Translations under genes and position numbers: made by a program
In this document: piece by piece, positions 35,262-45,410 of the stretch
How the letters are laid out: each line of letters starts with the position of its first letter
Position numbering within the stretch: the stretch's first letter is position 1
The notes under the pieces: model-generated
The model's database searches: none
What the model was told of the DNA's origin: nothing
Seen by the model: only the letters and a program-made list of their open reading frames with translations
NCBI RefSeq assembly: GCF_004010195.1
Contig: NC_057757.1
Span: 5,465,093-5,510,502, forward strand
DNA from: Chiloscyllium plagiosum
Lineage: Eukaryota
Reading direction: 5' to 3'
Length of the DNA stretch: 45,410 bases

Positions 35262-35520
35262 ACCCCATAACCCACCTAACCTGCACATCCCTGGACACTA
35301 TGGGCAATTTAGCACGGCCAATCCAACCTAACCTGGACACCACGGGACAATTTCCCATGACCAATTCACCCGAACCTGCACATCTCTTGGAGTGTGGGAG
35401 GAAACAGGAGCACCCAGAGGAAACCCACGGGGAGAATGTGTAATGCCCGAGGTTGGAATCGATCCGGGGACCCTGGCACTGTGAGGCACCGTGCTGTAGC
35501 CACTGAGCCACCGTGCCACC
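35262..35520 (-). mobile_element. HE1-like SINE
   Basis: Minus-strand tRNA-like head ggcacggtggctcagtgg...gatcgattcc plus core. Confidence 0.8.
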
Positions 35521-36494
35521 CCAGTGAGCACTCTGCTATTCAACTTTTCCTCTCCTGCTTTGCAATTCCTCTCACACTTTTCAAGATCAAGTTTAAATTC
35601 AAAATGTAAAATCAATTCAATACTAGTTTAGTTTGGGATTATGGTCAACATGGACTGATTGGGCCGAAGGGTCTGTTTCTGTGCTGTACGACTACGGATT
35701 CCACCTGCCACTGAGTAGCCTGTCTGACCACACGGTCGGTCTGTATCATCTTGTTGTCTAAGGCTTGCTGTCACACTATTTAACACCCCACCAATGTTCG
35801 TGTCATCTGCAAACCTTCTGTTACATTCCTGTCTCGGTCTTTAAATGTTCACAACAAACAGCAGGAGACCCGGCGTCACACTCTGTGGTACATCGCTCCC
35901 AAAAACATCCTTTTAGCAACATCCCCTGCTGCTTCCTTAGCCAATTTTGGATCCAAATTGCTTTGGATCCCACAAGCTTGTTCACCAGCCTGCCACACTG
36001 TTTAGTTCAATGTTAAACTTATCCCCAACATCAACCACTGATCCAATGGAGTGTTTACAAACCCCCTTTGGTTCACTAGAGTCTTAAAGTCGTACCGCAC
36101 AGAAACTGACCCTTCGCTCCAATCAATTAATCCAAAACTAATCTAGTCCCACCCTGCCTGCTTCCTGGTCCATATCCCTCCAAACCTTTCCCAATCATTT
36201 ATTTTTTCCAAATGTCTTTTAAATGTTGTAGCTGTACCAGCATCCACCACTTCCTCTCGAAGTTCATTCCAAGTTCGAACCACCCTCATGTCTTTCTCCT
36301 CTCACTTAAAAATTGGCCCTCTAGTCTCGAAATCTCCCCCCCCCCCCCCACCCTAGGGGAAAAGACACCTGCCATTCACCTTACCCATGCCCCTCATGAT
36401 TTTATAAACCTCTATAAGGGTCACCCCTCAACCTCCTACGCTCCAGGGTAAAACGTCACAGCCTAACCAGCTTATCCTTATAACTCAAACCCCA

Positions 36495-36730
36495 ATGTCC
36501 CTTTCAGAAAGGGTGTCTACCTCATCTTTATCGTGGACTGGTTTAAAAGCCAACTCCAGGAGGAAGGCGGCCTCATCTTCCGCCTTGGGACCCTCCAACC
36601 GCACGGGATCAACGTGGATTTCACCAGTTTCCNNNNNNTCCTGTCACACATTCCTGATGAAACGTCGACTCTCCTGCTCCTCGGATGCTGCCTGACCGGC
36701 TGTGCTTTTCCAGCACCACACTCTTCGAGT
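36495..36730 (+). mobile_element. Penelope-like element 3' end: endonuclease C-terminal remnant plus hammerhead lacking helix II
   Basis: LIFRLGTLQPHGINVDFTSF resembles a PLE GIY-YIG ORF terminus; followed by cctgatgaaacgtcgactctcctgctcctcggatgctgcc. Confidence 0.7.
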
Positions 36731-37034
36731 CTGATGCAACTCCAGACCCACAGCAATGTGGTTGACTCTCAACTGCCCTCCGGGCAATAAATGCTGGCCC
36801 AGCCAGTGACGCCCCACAGTCAGGGGGCAAATAATGAAATACAATTGGCTGCTGTGTGTTCCCCCCGTTAGAAAAGATTTCTCTCATTTTAAGAAAGCTG
36901 CAAATTGTTTTGGGATGACCCATTAGGGAAGGGACTTTTTTTTTTAAGAAAGAGGAATAAATTGAATACATGATCTTCAGCAAGGGATTGGAGTGGAGGT
37001 AGGGTGGTTTAATCAGGGAATGACGCACATACAT

Positions 37035-37610
37035 TGCTCAGGCCATTGAGTACTGGAGTTGGAACGTCACGTTGAGGCGGAATACTGTGTCCAGCTCTGG
37101 TTGTCTTGTTATAGGAAGGATATTATTAAACTGGAGAGGATTCAGAAGAGATTTACCAGGATGTTGCTGGGAATGGAGGGTTTGAGAAATAAGGAGAGGT
37201 TGGGTTCTTTTTCCCTGGAGCGTTGGAGGCTGAGGGGGTGACCTTATAGAGGTTTATCAAATCATGAGGGGGCACTGGTAGGGTGAATAGCCAAGGTCTT
37301 TTCTCCACGGTAGGGGAGTCCAAAAACGGGGGGGGGAGGGGGTGTCATATTTTTAAGGTGAGAGGAGAAAGATTTAAAAGGGACCTGAGGGGCAATGTTT
37401 TTGCACAGAGGGTGGTGCGTGTGTGGAATGAACTGCCAGAGGATGTGGTGGAGGCTGGTATAAGATGTTTGGACAGGTACATGAACGGGAAAGGTTTGGA
37501 GGGATAAGAGCCAGGAGCAGGCAGGGGGGACTAGTTTAGTTTGGGAAACTTGGTCGGACGAGCTGGGCCGAAGGGTCTGTTTCCATGCTGTATGACCCAG
37601 TGACTCTAAA
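37035..37610 (+). mobile_element. CR1/HER1-like LINE 3' fragment
   Basis: YRKDIIKLERIQKRFTRML; RGERFKRDLRGN.F.QRVVRVWNELP. Confidence 0.85.
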
Positions 37611-37639
37611 TGTCGGACAATTAGGGATCCCCACCTCAT

Positions 37640-37940
37640 GGGAGCAGGCCATTCAACCCATCGAATCCACACCGAAGAGCATCCCAACCACACCCACGTT
37701 ATCCCTGTAACCCTGTGTTGCCCATGGCTAACCCACCTAGCCTGCACGTCCTTGGGCACTATGGGCAATTTCCCACCCTAACCTGCACTCTAACCTTTTG
37801 GACTGCGGGAGGAAACCGGAGCACCCGGAGGAAGCCCATGCTGACACGGGGGAGAAACTCCACACAGATACAGTCGCCCGAGGGTGGAATTGAACCCAGG
37901 TCCCTGGTGCTGCGAGGCAGCAGTGCTAACCACTGAGCCA
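37640..37940 (-). mobile_element. HE1-like SINE
   Basis: Minus-strand tggctcagtggttagcactgctgcctc...gggttcaattcc head plus core. Confidence 0.8.
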
Positions 37941-38222
37941 ATAAGCTTTGCACTTGTTCAGAACTTTGTTGTCACCACTTTCTCATTGCTACTGAGCGGT
38001 CTTAAAGGGACAGGCCCTGGCTAACAACTACGCAACAGAACCAGCACCTTACACGGCGCCCTTACACGTCCCGCACGGATTGCTACTGAAACAAAGTCTG
38101 ATGCAGAGGTGCCGTGGGGGGGATATTGGGATAGGGGTAGAGCAGGGACCAAACGCCTCAAGGAGATGAGGAGAATGATGAAACCCCAGTGAGGTTTAGG
38201 GAGGGAATTCCCGAGATTGGAG

Positions 38223-38565
38223 AGGCGATGGCCGAGTGGTATTACGGCTGGACTGTCAATCGAGAGAGCCAGGTAACGTTCTGGGAACCCAGGTTCAAAT
38301 CCCGCCATGGCAGATGGTGGAATTTGAATTCAATAAAAATCTGGAATTAAGAGTCTAATGATGACTGTGAATCTCTTGTCAGAAAAAACCCATCTGGTTT
38401 ACTGATGTCCTCCAGGGAGAGAAACTGCCATCCCTACCTGGTCTGGCCTACACGTGACTCCAGACCCACAGCAACATGGTTGACTCTTTACCACCCTCTG
38501 GGCAATTAGGGATGCATAATAAATGCTGGTCCCAGCCCGCGATGCCCTTGTCCCTTGAGTGAATT
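38223..38565 (+). mobile_element. tRNA-derived SINE (family not named)
   Basis: A-box TGGCCGAGTGG 38229-38239 and B-box GGTTCAAATCC 38292-38302; the 3' tail ...aataaatgctgg... is shared with a fragment at ~36738-36820. Confidence 0.75.
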
Positions 38566-38789
38566 ATAAAGAGATATCTTTCAGACCAGGCCTCATCACT
38601 CTCCCTACCTCCAGACAGCAACATGCTGCGACGACCCAGCCGCCCAGGGGCCGGCTGGAGATCGTGGACCAGACGGACATTCCCTCTCGCTCGGGCCGGG
38701 AGCCGGAGGGGACAGATGTATTCTCCACCTGCCCGAGGAGGAAAGGGGCTAATTATTCGCACTAGGGGAAAGGGAGGCTGGTATTGCGT

Positions 38790-39365
38790 CGTGCACGTAC
38801 CTGACTGTGTTTGCCTGTGTACGTGCACGTATCTGACTGTGTTTGCCTGTTTGTGTGCACATGTCTGACTGTGTTTGCCTGTGTGCGCGCATGTATCTGA
38901 CTGTGTTTGCCTGTGTGCGCGCATGTATCTGACTGTGTTTGCCTGTGTGTGTGCACATGTGTCTGACTGTGTTTGCCTATGTGCGCACGTGTCTGACTGT
39001 GTTTGCCTATGTGTGCACGTGTCTGACTGTGTTTGCCTATGTGTGCACGAGTCTGACTGTGTTTGCCTATGTGTGCACGTGTCTGTCTGTGTTTGCCTAT
39101 GTGTGCACGTGTCTGTCTGTGTTTGCCTATGTGTGCACGAGTCTGACTGTGTTTGCCTATGTGTGCACGTGTCTGACTGTGTTTGCCTGTGTGCGCGCAT
39201 GTATCTGACTGTGTTTGCCTGTGTGTGTGCGCACGTGTCTGACTGTGTTTGCCTATGTGTGCACGTGTCTGACTGTGTTTGCCTATGTGTGCACGTGTCT
39301 GACTGTGTTTGCCTGTGTGTGCACGTGTCTGACTGTGTTTGCCTGTGTGTGTGCATGCCTCTGTC
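38790..39365. repeat. ~30-32 bp minisatellite (gtgtgcacgtgtctgactgtgtttgcctat), ~18 copies
   Basis: Direct tandem units are visible. Confidence 0.95.
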
Positions 39366-40660
39366 AGTGTCTGTGTGTTTACGCACGGATTCTCCTGTCT
39401 GCACAGTTCTTTTCCAGATGTGCCTTGTGAACCCCAGCGCCTGAGCAGTGATGACCCTCGGGTTAAACGCAGCGCTGGTCGTCTCTCATTCTAACCACCG
39501 TCCGGGAACTGTGGACTCGAAGCAGGAAGGATTTGCGTGGGCCATTCAGGGGTGAGCAGGGTGAACGGCCTCCTCCTGAGCCTAGCAAGTGGACAGTGCA
39601 GGGTGAAAGGTGCACCGTGGACCATGACAAAGCACCTGATAAAGGGCTTGGCATTGTTCGACGAGATTCCTGTTTGTGCGGTTGGCGAACATGTTGATGC
39701 CTGAGCTACAGTCTGGAAGCCTCGACATTGGGAGTGGTTTGAGGTTGAAACCATCTCCCAAATTCCTGTCAGTGCTCAGGGAGGAGTCACCACCGAGCTC
39801 GTTCATGCACGGTTTGAAGGTGCAACAGCGCTGCATCACTGCCTGACTCAGCAACAACGCATCCCCAATTACCAACCGTGAAACTGCCAGCACCTGGGCC
39901 CTGAACTCGGAAACAAGTTCCCTGCCCGTCTCTCTCTCTCTGACTCCTTCGTATGACCATCTGACCCCTCCTGTCCCATCATGTCCTCACGTCTGTCAGT
40001 CGTCAAATTCTGTTTGATAACCGCTCCTGTGGGACACTAGGCGCCACAGAAATGCAAGTCGTTGAGGTCATTTTAAAATCCCGGCTCTTTTCCTTTGAGA
40101 AGGTGGCGAGGGGAAGGGCACAGGGGTTTGGGTGGAGGGGGCAAATGGACACGTATCGAAAATTCAGGACAATCACAGCGCACAGGAGAGACGGATCGGC
40201 CCACCGGCTTCCTCTGGCTCCCTGAATGCACCTCGTGTCTCTCCCTCTGCCTCGTCTCTGGGACCCTGCACGTTCCTCATCCTCCTCCTCCTCAGAAAGT
40301 CTGCCTATTTCCTTCTCGAGTCCCTCAGCTCAACCTGACCTGGCTTTCAACGCCTCAATCAAATCTCCTCTCCCAATTTCTCCAAAGAAAGTTCGAGAAA
40401 AGAAATCCAAGATGGACAATAGGTGCAGGAGTAGGCCATTCTGCCCTTTGAGCCAGCACCACCATTCATTATGATCATGGCTAATCATCCTTAATCAGTA
40501 TCCTGTTCCTGCCTTATCCCCATAACCCTTGATGCCACTATCCTTGAGAGCTCTATCCAACTCTGTCTTAAATCAATCCAGAGACTGGGCCTGGGGCAGA
40601 GCATTCCACACAGCCACCACTCTCTGGGTGAAGAAGTTTTTCCTCAGCTCTGTTCTAAGT

Positions 40661-40977
40661 GATTAGATTTAGATTAGATTACAGTGTGGAAACAGGCCCT
40701 TCGGCCCAACAAGTCCACACCGACCCGCAGAAGCGAAACCCACCCATACCCCTACATTTACCCCTTACCTAACACTACAGGCAATTTAGTATGGCCAATT
40801 CACCTGACCCTGCACATCTTTGGACTGTGGGAGGAAACCGGAGCACCCGGAGGAAACCCACGCAGACACGGGGAGAACGTGCAAACTCCACACAGTCAGT
40901 CGCCTGAGGCGGGAACTGAACCCGGGTCTCTGGCGCTGTGAAGCAGCAGTGCTAACCACTGTGCCACCGTACCGCCC
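40661..40977 (-). mobile_element. Apparently full-length HE1-like SINE inserted in a CR1 tail
   Basis: Head ggcggtacggtggcacagtggttagcactgctg, core, and a (taatc)n tail. Confidence 0.9.
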
Positions 40978-41349
40978 ATCCCTTATTTTTAAACTGTGTC
41001 CTCTGGTTCGGAGGACAGGAAAAATTTCTGGCTGTAAGAGCGGCTCTTTTTTTTTTGGAGTATTTTAGGTGCAGGAGGTGATTTCCTCGAATTCCAGGAG
41101 CAGCAATTACTGTTTTGCATGCTGCTGCATTGTTTGGAACTTTGGGGGGAAAAGAAAAAGAGTCAAAACAACAGCAGTTTTAAAAGGGAGAAGAACAGAC
41201 AAAGGAAGCACATGGTGAGGACAGTGCAGGAGAGAAAGAGAGAGAGAGAGGGGGAGAGAGGACCTGCATAGTTACCGCCTTTGCTGTTTTGAATTCATAT
41301 ATCGCTGGACATTGGAGTACGTCTGGGAAAATTAACAAACAGTGAAATT

Positions 41350-42150
41350 CAACTTTTTCACGCAGAGGGTGGTGCGTGTATGGAATGAGCTGCCAGAGGT
41401 AGTGGTGGAGGCTGGTACAATTGCAACGTTTAAGAGGCATCTGGATGGGTACACGAATAGGAAGGTTTATAACGTTGGACATTGGAGTGCGTCTGGGAAA
41501 ATTAACAACAGTGAAATTCAACTGTTTCACGCAGAGGGTGGTACTGGTATGGAATGAGCTGCCAGAGGTAGTGGTGGAGGCTGGTACAATTGCAACGTTT
41601 AAGAGGCATCTGGATGGGTACACGAATAGGAAGGTTTTGGAGGGATATGGGCCGGGTGCTGGCAGGTGGAGCTAGATTGGGTTGGAATATCTGGACGGCA
41701 TGGACGGGTTGGACCGAAGGGTCTGTTTCTATGCTGTACATGTCTATGACTCTATGACACAAACAAAAATTAAACCGGAGAGGGTTCAGAGGAGATTTAC
41801 CAGGATGTCACTGGCAATGGAAGGCTCGAGTCAGAAGGAGAGGCTGGGACTTTGTTTCACTGGAGTGCCGAGGGGTGACCTTATAGAGGTTTATAAAACC
41901 ATGAGAGGTATGGATAAGGTGAATGACAAAGGTCTTTTCCCTAAGGTGGGGGATTTCAAGACGAGGAGGCCTATTTTTAAGGTCAGAAGAGAAAAATGTT
42001 TTTGCACAGAGAGTAGTTTGTGTGTGGAATGAACTTCCAGAGGAAGTGGTAGGTGGGGGTGCAGTTGCAACGTTTAAGCGACATTTGGATAAGTACGTGA
42101 ATAGGAAAGGTTTGGAGGGACAGGAGTCAGGAGCAGGCAGATGGGACTGG
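41350..42150 (+). mobile_element. CR1/HER1-like 3' fragments
   Basis: NFFTQRVVRVWNELPEVVVEAGTIATFKRHLDGY occurs twice, plus a further copy from ~41775. Confidence 0.85.
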
Positions 42151-43595
42151 TTTAGTTCGGGTACGTGGTCAGCGTGGACTGGTTGGACTGAAAGATCTGT
42201 ATGACTCTACAGTGTCTATTTGTCTAGTTTTCAATGATAAAGTATCCACAACTCTCTAGGGTGTCGGGGGGGGTCTGGTTTAGTTTGTGATTATGGTCGG
42301 TATGGACTAGTTAAGCCGAAGGGTCTGTTTCCGTGCTGTATGACCATAACTTATACGATCTGTCAGGTTACTTAAGTCCCTCATCCCTAATGCCATTTTC
42401 CTGTATTCTCTCTGAAACCCTCTCACCCGAAGGACACAGGATTCTAGCGAAGGTAAACATTTATACGGAAGTTTAACAATCACCTCTTTGTTCTTATACT
42501 ACATGCCCCTATTAATGGAAGAGGAGCTTGTAGTCTTTTTAATAAAGTTATGATACCCACCTTGAACTGGGACCTTCAGACCCAAGGGTAGGGACACTAC
42601 CGGTGCAACACTGCTCTCTCAGATAGAAACGACAGACTTAACCAGGTTTAATCTGATTGAGAAGCAAGAGTCCTCATGGTAACCTCAGCCGATAACACCA
42701 TAAGACATCGGAGCAGAAATTAGGCCATTCAGCCCATAGAGTCTGCTCTGTTGTTCAATCATGGCTGATAGGTTTCTCGTCTCCATTCTCCCGATTTCTC
42801 CCAGTAACCCTTGATCCTCAAGAACCTATCTATCTCAGTCTTGAATATACTCAATGACCTGGCCTCCACATCCTCCTGTGGCAATGAATTCCATAGATTC
42901 ACCACTCTCTGGCTGAAGAAGTGTCTCCATATCTCTGTTCTAAAAAGCTCTTCCCTTTACACTAAGGCTGTGCCCTTGGGTCATAGTCTTTCCTGCCAAT
43001 GGAAACATCTTCCCAACATCCACTCTGACCAGGCCACTTGGTATTCTACCCGGGACACCTCTGGGGTCCCTCTGTGCCGCAAGCCAGCCCTCCAGCCAAC
43101 TGAGCTAATGGATTCCTCCCCCACCCCCCACCGTTGTGCCAAAAAAGCCCTTAGAGGGGTAGTGTATGTTCTGCACGCCGTCCTCTCTCAATCTGCCCTG
43201 CATCCACAACAATTAGTGTACGGACACCCACACAGCTCCCTCTGCAGAACCCACCAGCACCAATGCATTCCTCCGGTTTAATAAACTAGTCCTTAATTGA
43301 TTTTAAGAAAAAGATTTAACCTATTTTTATAACAGACCTTTGTAACAGCATTAAAAAGCAGAGCTTTCTCACTCTGAAACCCCATGAGCGGAGTCATGCA
43401 GCACAGAAACAAACCCTTCGGTCCAGCCAGTCCCCAAACTGAACTAGTCCCACCTGCACTTGGGCATATCCCTCCAAACCTTTCCTACACATGTACTTAA
43501 ACAAATGTCTTTTAAACCTTATATCTGTACCTGCATCCACCACTTCCTCTGGCAGTTCATTCCACACACGAACCACCCTCTGTATATATATAAAA

Positions 43596-43765
43596 AAAAA
43601 TCACACAACACCAGGTTATAGTCCAACAGGTTTATTTGGAAGCGCTAGCTTTCGGAGCACTGCTACAACCACCTGATGAAGGAGCGGTGCTTCGAAAGCT
43701 AGTGCTTCCAAGTTGGACTATAACCTGGCGTTGTGTGATTTTTAACTTTGTACACCCCAGTCCAT
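43596..43765 (+). mobile_element. Palindromic Penelope-derived element with hammerhead motif at 43670-43704 (same family as 15872-16063)
   Basis: Arms aaaaatcacacaacaccaggttatagtccaac / gttggactataacctggcgttgtgtgattttt; CAC-CUGAUGA-A-GGAGC-GGU-GCUUC-GAAAG-CUA-GUG. Confidence 0.75.
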
Positions 43766-44207
43766 ATCTAAATTCTAAAAAAAAAATTGACCCTCGCGTC
43801 CTTTTTAAATCTTTCCCCTCCCAGCTCAAAACTATGCCCCATGATTTTATAAACCTCTGTAAAGGTCATCCCTCAACCTCCAGTGAAAATGGTCGCAACC
43901 TATCCAGATTTTATATCTCAAACCCTTCCATACCCGGCAACATCCTGGTAAATCTATTCTGAGCCCTCTCCATCTTGATCATATCCTTCCTGTAACAGGG
44001 TGACCAGAACTGGACCCAGTGTTCCAGAACAGGCCTCACCATCACCCTGTACAAGGGCAACGTGACATCCCAACTCCTATACTGAAAAGGTCTGAGCAAG
44101 AAAGGCAGGCGTGCTGAATACCTTCTTAACCAGCCTGTGACGCAAATTTCAAAGAATTGTGTATACCCGAATCCCTAGGTCTCTCTGTTTTACAACACTA
44201 CCTGGGA

Positions 44208-44391
44208 GGAGGTGGGTACTGCAGATGCTGGAGATTAGAGTCAAGATTAGAGTGGTGCTGGAAAAGCACAGCAGGTCAGGCAGCATCCGAGGAGCAGGAG
44301 AATTGACGTTTCAGGCTAGATCCCTTCATCAGGAACCATCCATTCACCTGCTCCTCGGATGCTGTGCTTTTCCAGCACGACTCTAATCTTT
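44208..44391 (-). mobile_element. Palindromic Penelope-derived element, hammerhead core at 44300-44337 (weak helix II)
   Basis: 14-bp direct repeat aacactacc(t/c)ggga at 44194-44207 and 44392-44405; minus strand reads CUGAUGA...GAAACGUC. Confidence 0.7.
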
Positions 44392-45207
44392 AACACTACC
44401 CGGGACTCTTCCGTTAATTAAATCCTGCACTTGATTGTTTTACCAAAATGCAATACCTCACATTTATCCAAATCAAACTCAGTCTGCCTCAGCCCATTGA
44501 CCCAAGTGATCAAGATCTCTTTGTATAGGTCACTTGGCAATTAGAATAGTTTGGATTGTTCAGATCTTGACAGTATAAGGTTTCGAAGACTACAATACCA
44601 TGCCATAGACTGGACTCTCCTGATATACAAGCTTGACAGCATGATAGCTCATATTTCTAACGACAGCTTCAGTGTAACAAGGTGCCTCATGAAAGAACAA
44701 ACCAAATAAGATTAGACCTTTGAGAAAATATCAGGACAGCTGATCAAAACCGTAACCAAGGGGCTCCCCGTTTAAATTAGCCATCTAAAGGAAGAAGGAG
44801 AGGCAGGAAGATTTCGAGGGGACTTCATTCCACGCACTCAGGGTTCTGAGTGCATTTAAAAGGCATCTGGATGGGTATATGGATAGGAAGGGTTCAGAGG
44901 GATATGGGCCAAATGCTAGAAAATGGGATTTAATTAGGTTGGGACATATGGATATCTGGCATGGACGAATTGGGGCCGAAGGGTCTGTTTCCTTCCTGCA
45001 CATCATTTTCATGAACCTAACTTAGCTCCATAGTTCATCGCACACAGCAAAACTCTCCTCACAGCAGTCTGGAAGATGTCAGCCATTCTCCCTGAATCAG
45101 GTGAATCTTCCATAGGGAAAAAAAAAGATATTTCTTCCGAACCAAGAATGAAACCCCTGGTTACAGTACATGAGTGTGGTCGTCAGGGCCATTCCAGACC
45201 CAGCACC

Positions 45208-45410
45208 TCGGGGAACCCCCTGTAAATACTGACACTCCCCCCGGAGACCCCCCCCCCATAAATACTGACACACTCGCCCCCCCCTGCCTCCTGGAAATAC
45301 TGAACCTCTCTCCGGGATTCCCCCCTGTAAATACTGACACACTCGCCGGGGATTCCCCCTGTAAATACTGACACACTCCCCGGGGATTCCCCCTGTAAAT
45401 ACTGACACAC
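45208..45410. repeat. ~34-bp minisatellite (ccccctgtaaatactgacacactcgccggggatt), runs off the window
   Basis: aaatactgacac recurs about 6 times. Confidence 0.9.

Larger units (their letters stand above)
43390..44530 (-). mobile_element. CR1 fragment carrying two nested Penelope-derived inserts
   Basis: ORFs 43394..43576 and 43911..44099 are CR1-like. Confidence 0.8.

Noticed and set aside
38223..38310. tRNA gene (A and B boxes); likewise 34225-34292
   Set aside because: No clean cloverleaf, and both continue into SINE bodies.
38448..39444. Repetitive ORFs ([10 protein letters not shown])n and ([10 protein letters not shown])n
   Set aside because: Translations of the 30-bp minisatellite.

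Overview
Repeat-rich vertebrate genomic DNA, most likely from an elasmobranch (shark). This is inferred from HE1-type SINEs, CR1/HER1-like LINE remnants and a shark-type ~69-bp minisatellite. The only protein-coding gene I can support is a minus-strand ephexin-family RhoGEF that best matches ARHGEF15/Ephexin-5. Eleven coding exons from ATG 27576 down to 468 have canonical GT-AG borders and consistent phases (2381 nt, 793 codons + 2 nt). They encode a long Pro-rich N-terminus, the EPLYQTY motif, the DH domain and the start of the PH domain. The gene continues off the left edge, and its 5' non-coding exon was not located. Introns and the upstream region contain CR1 fragments, SINEs, an RTE remnant, a solo LTR, several minisatellites and four N-gaps. 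Main observations: (1) two families of short Penelope-derived, often palindromic elements carrying minimal hammerhead-ribozyme motifs, several with 10-16 bp target-site duplications; (2) a perfect ~4.56 kb decamer array inside a SINE that is itself inserted in a CR1; (3) an intronic long inverted repeat with promoter-like motifs; (4) an unannotated Cys/His micro-motif in the GEF N-terminus.
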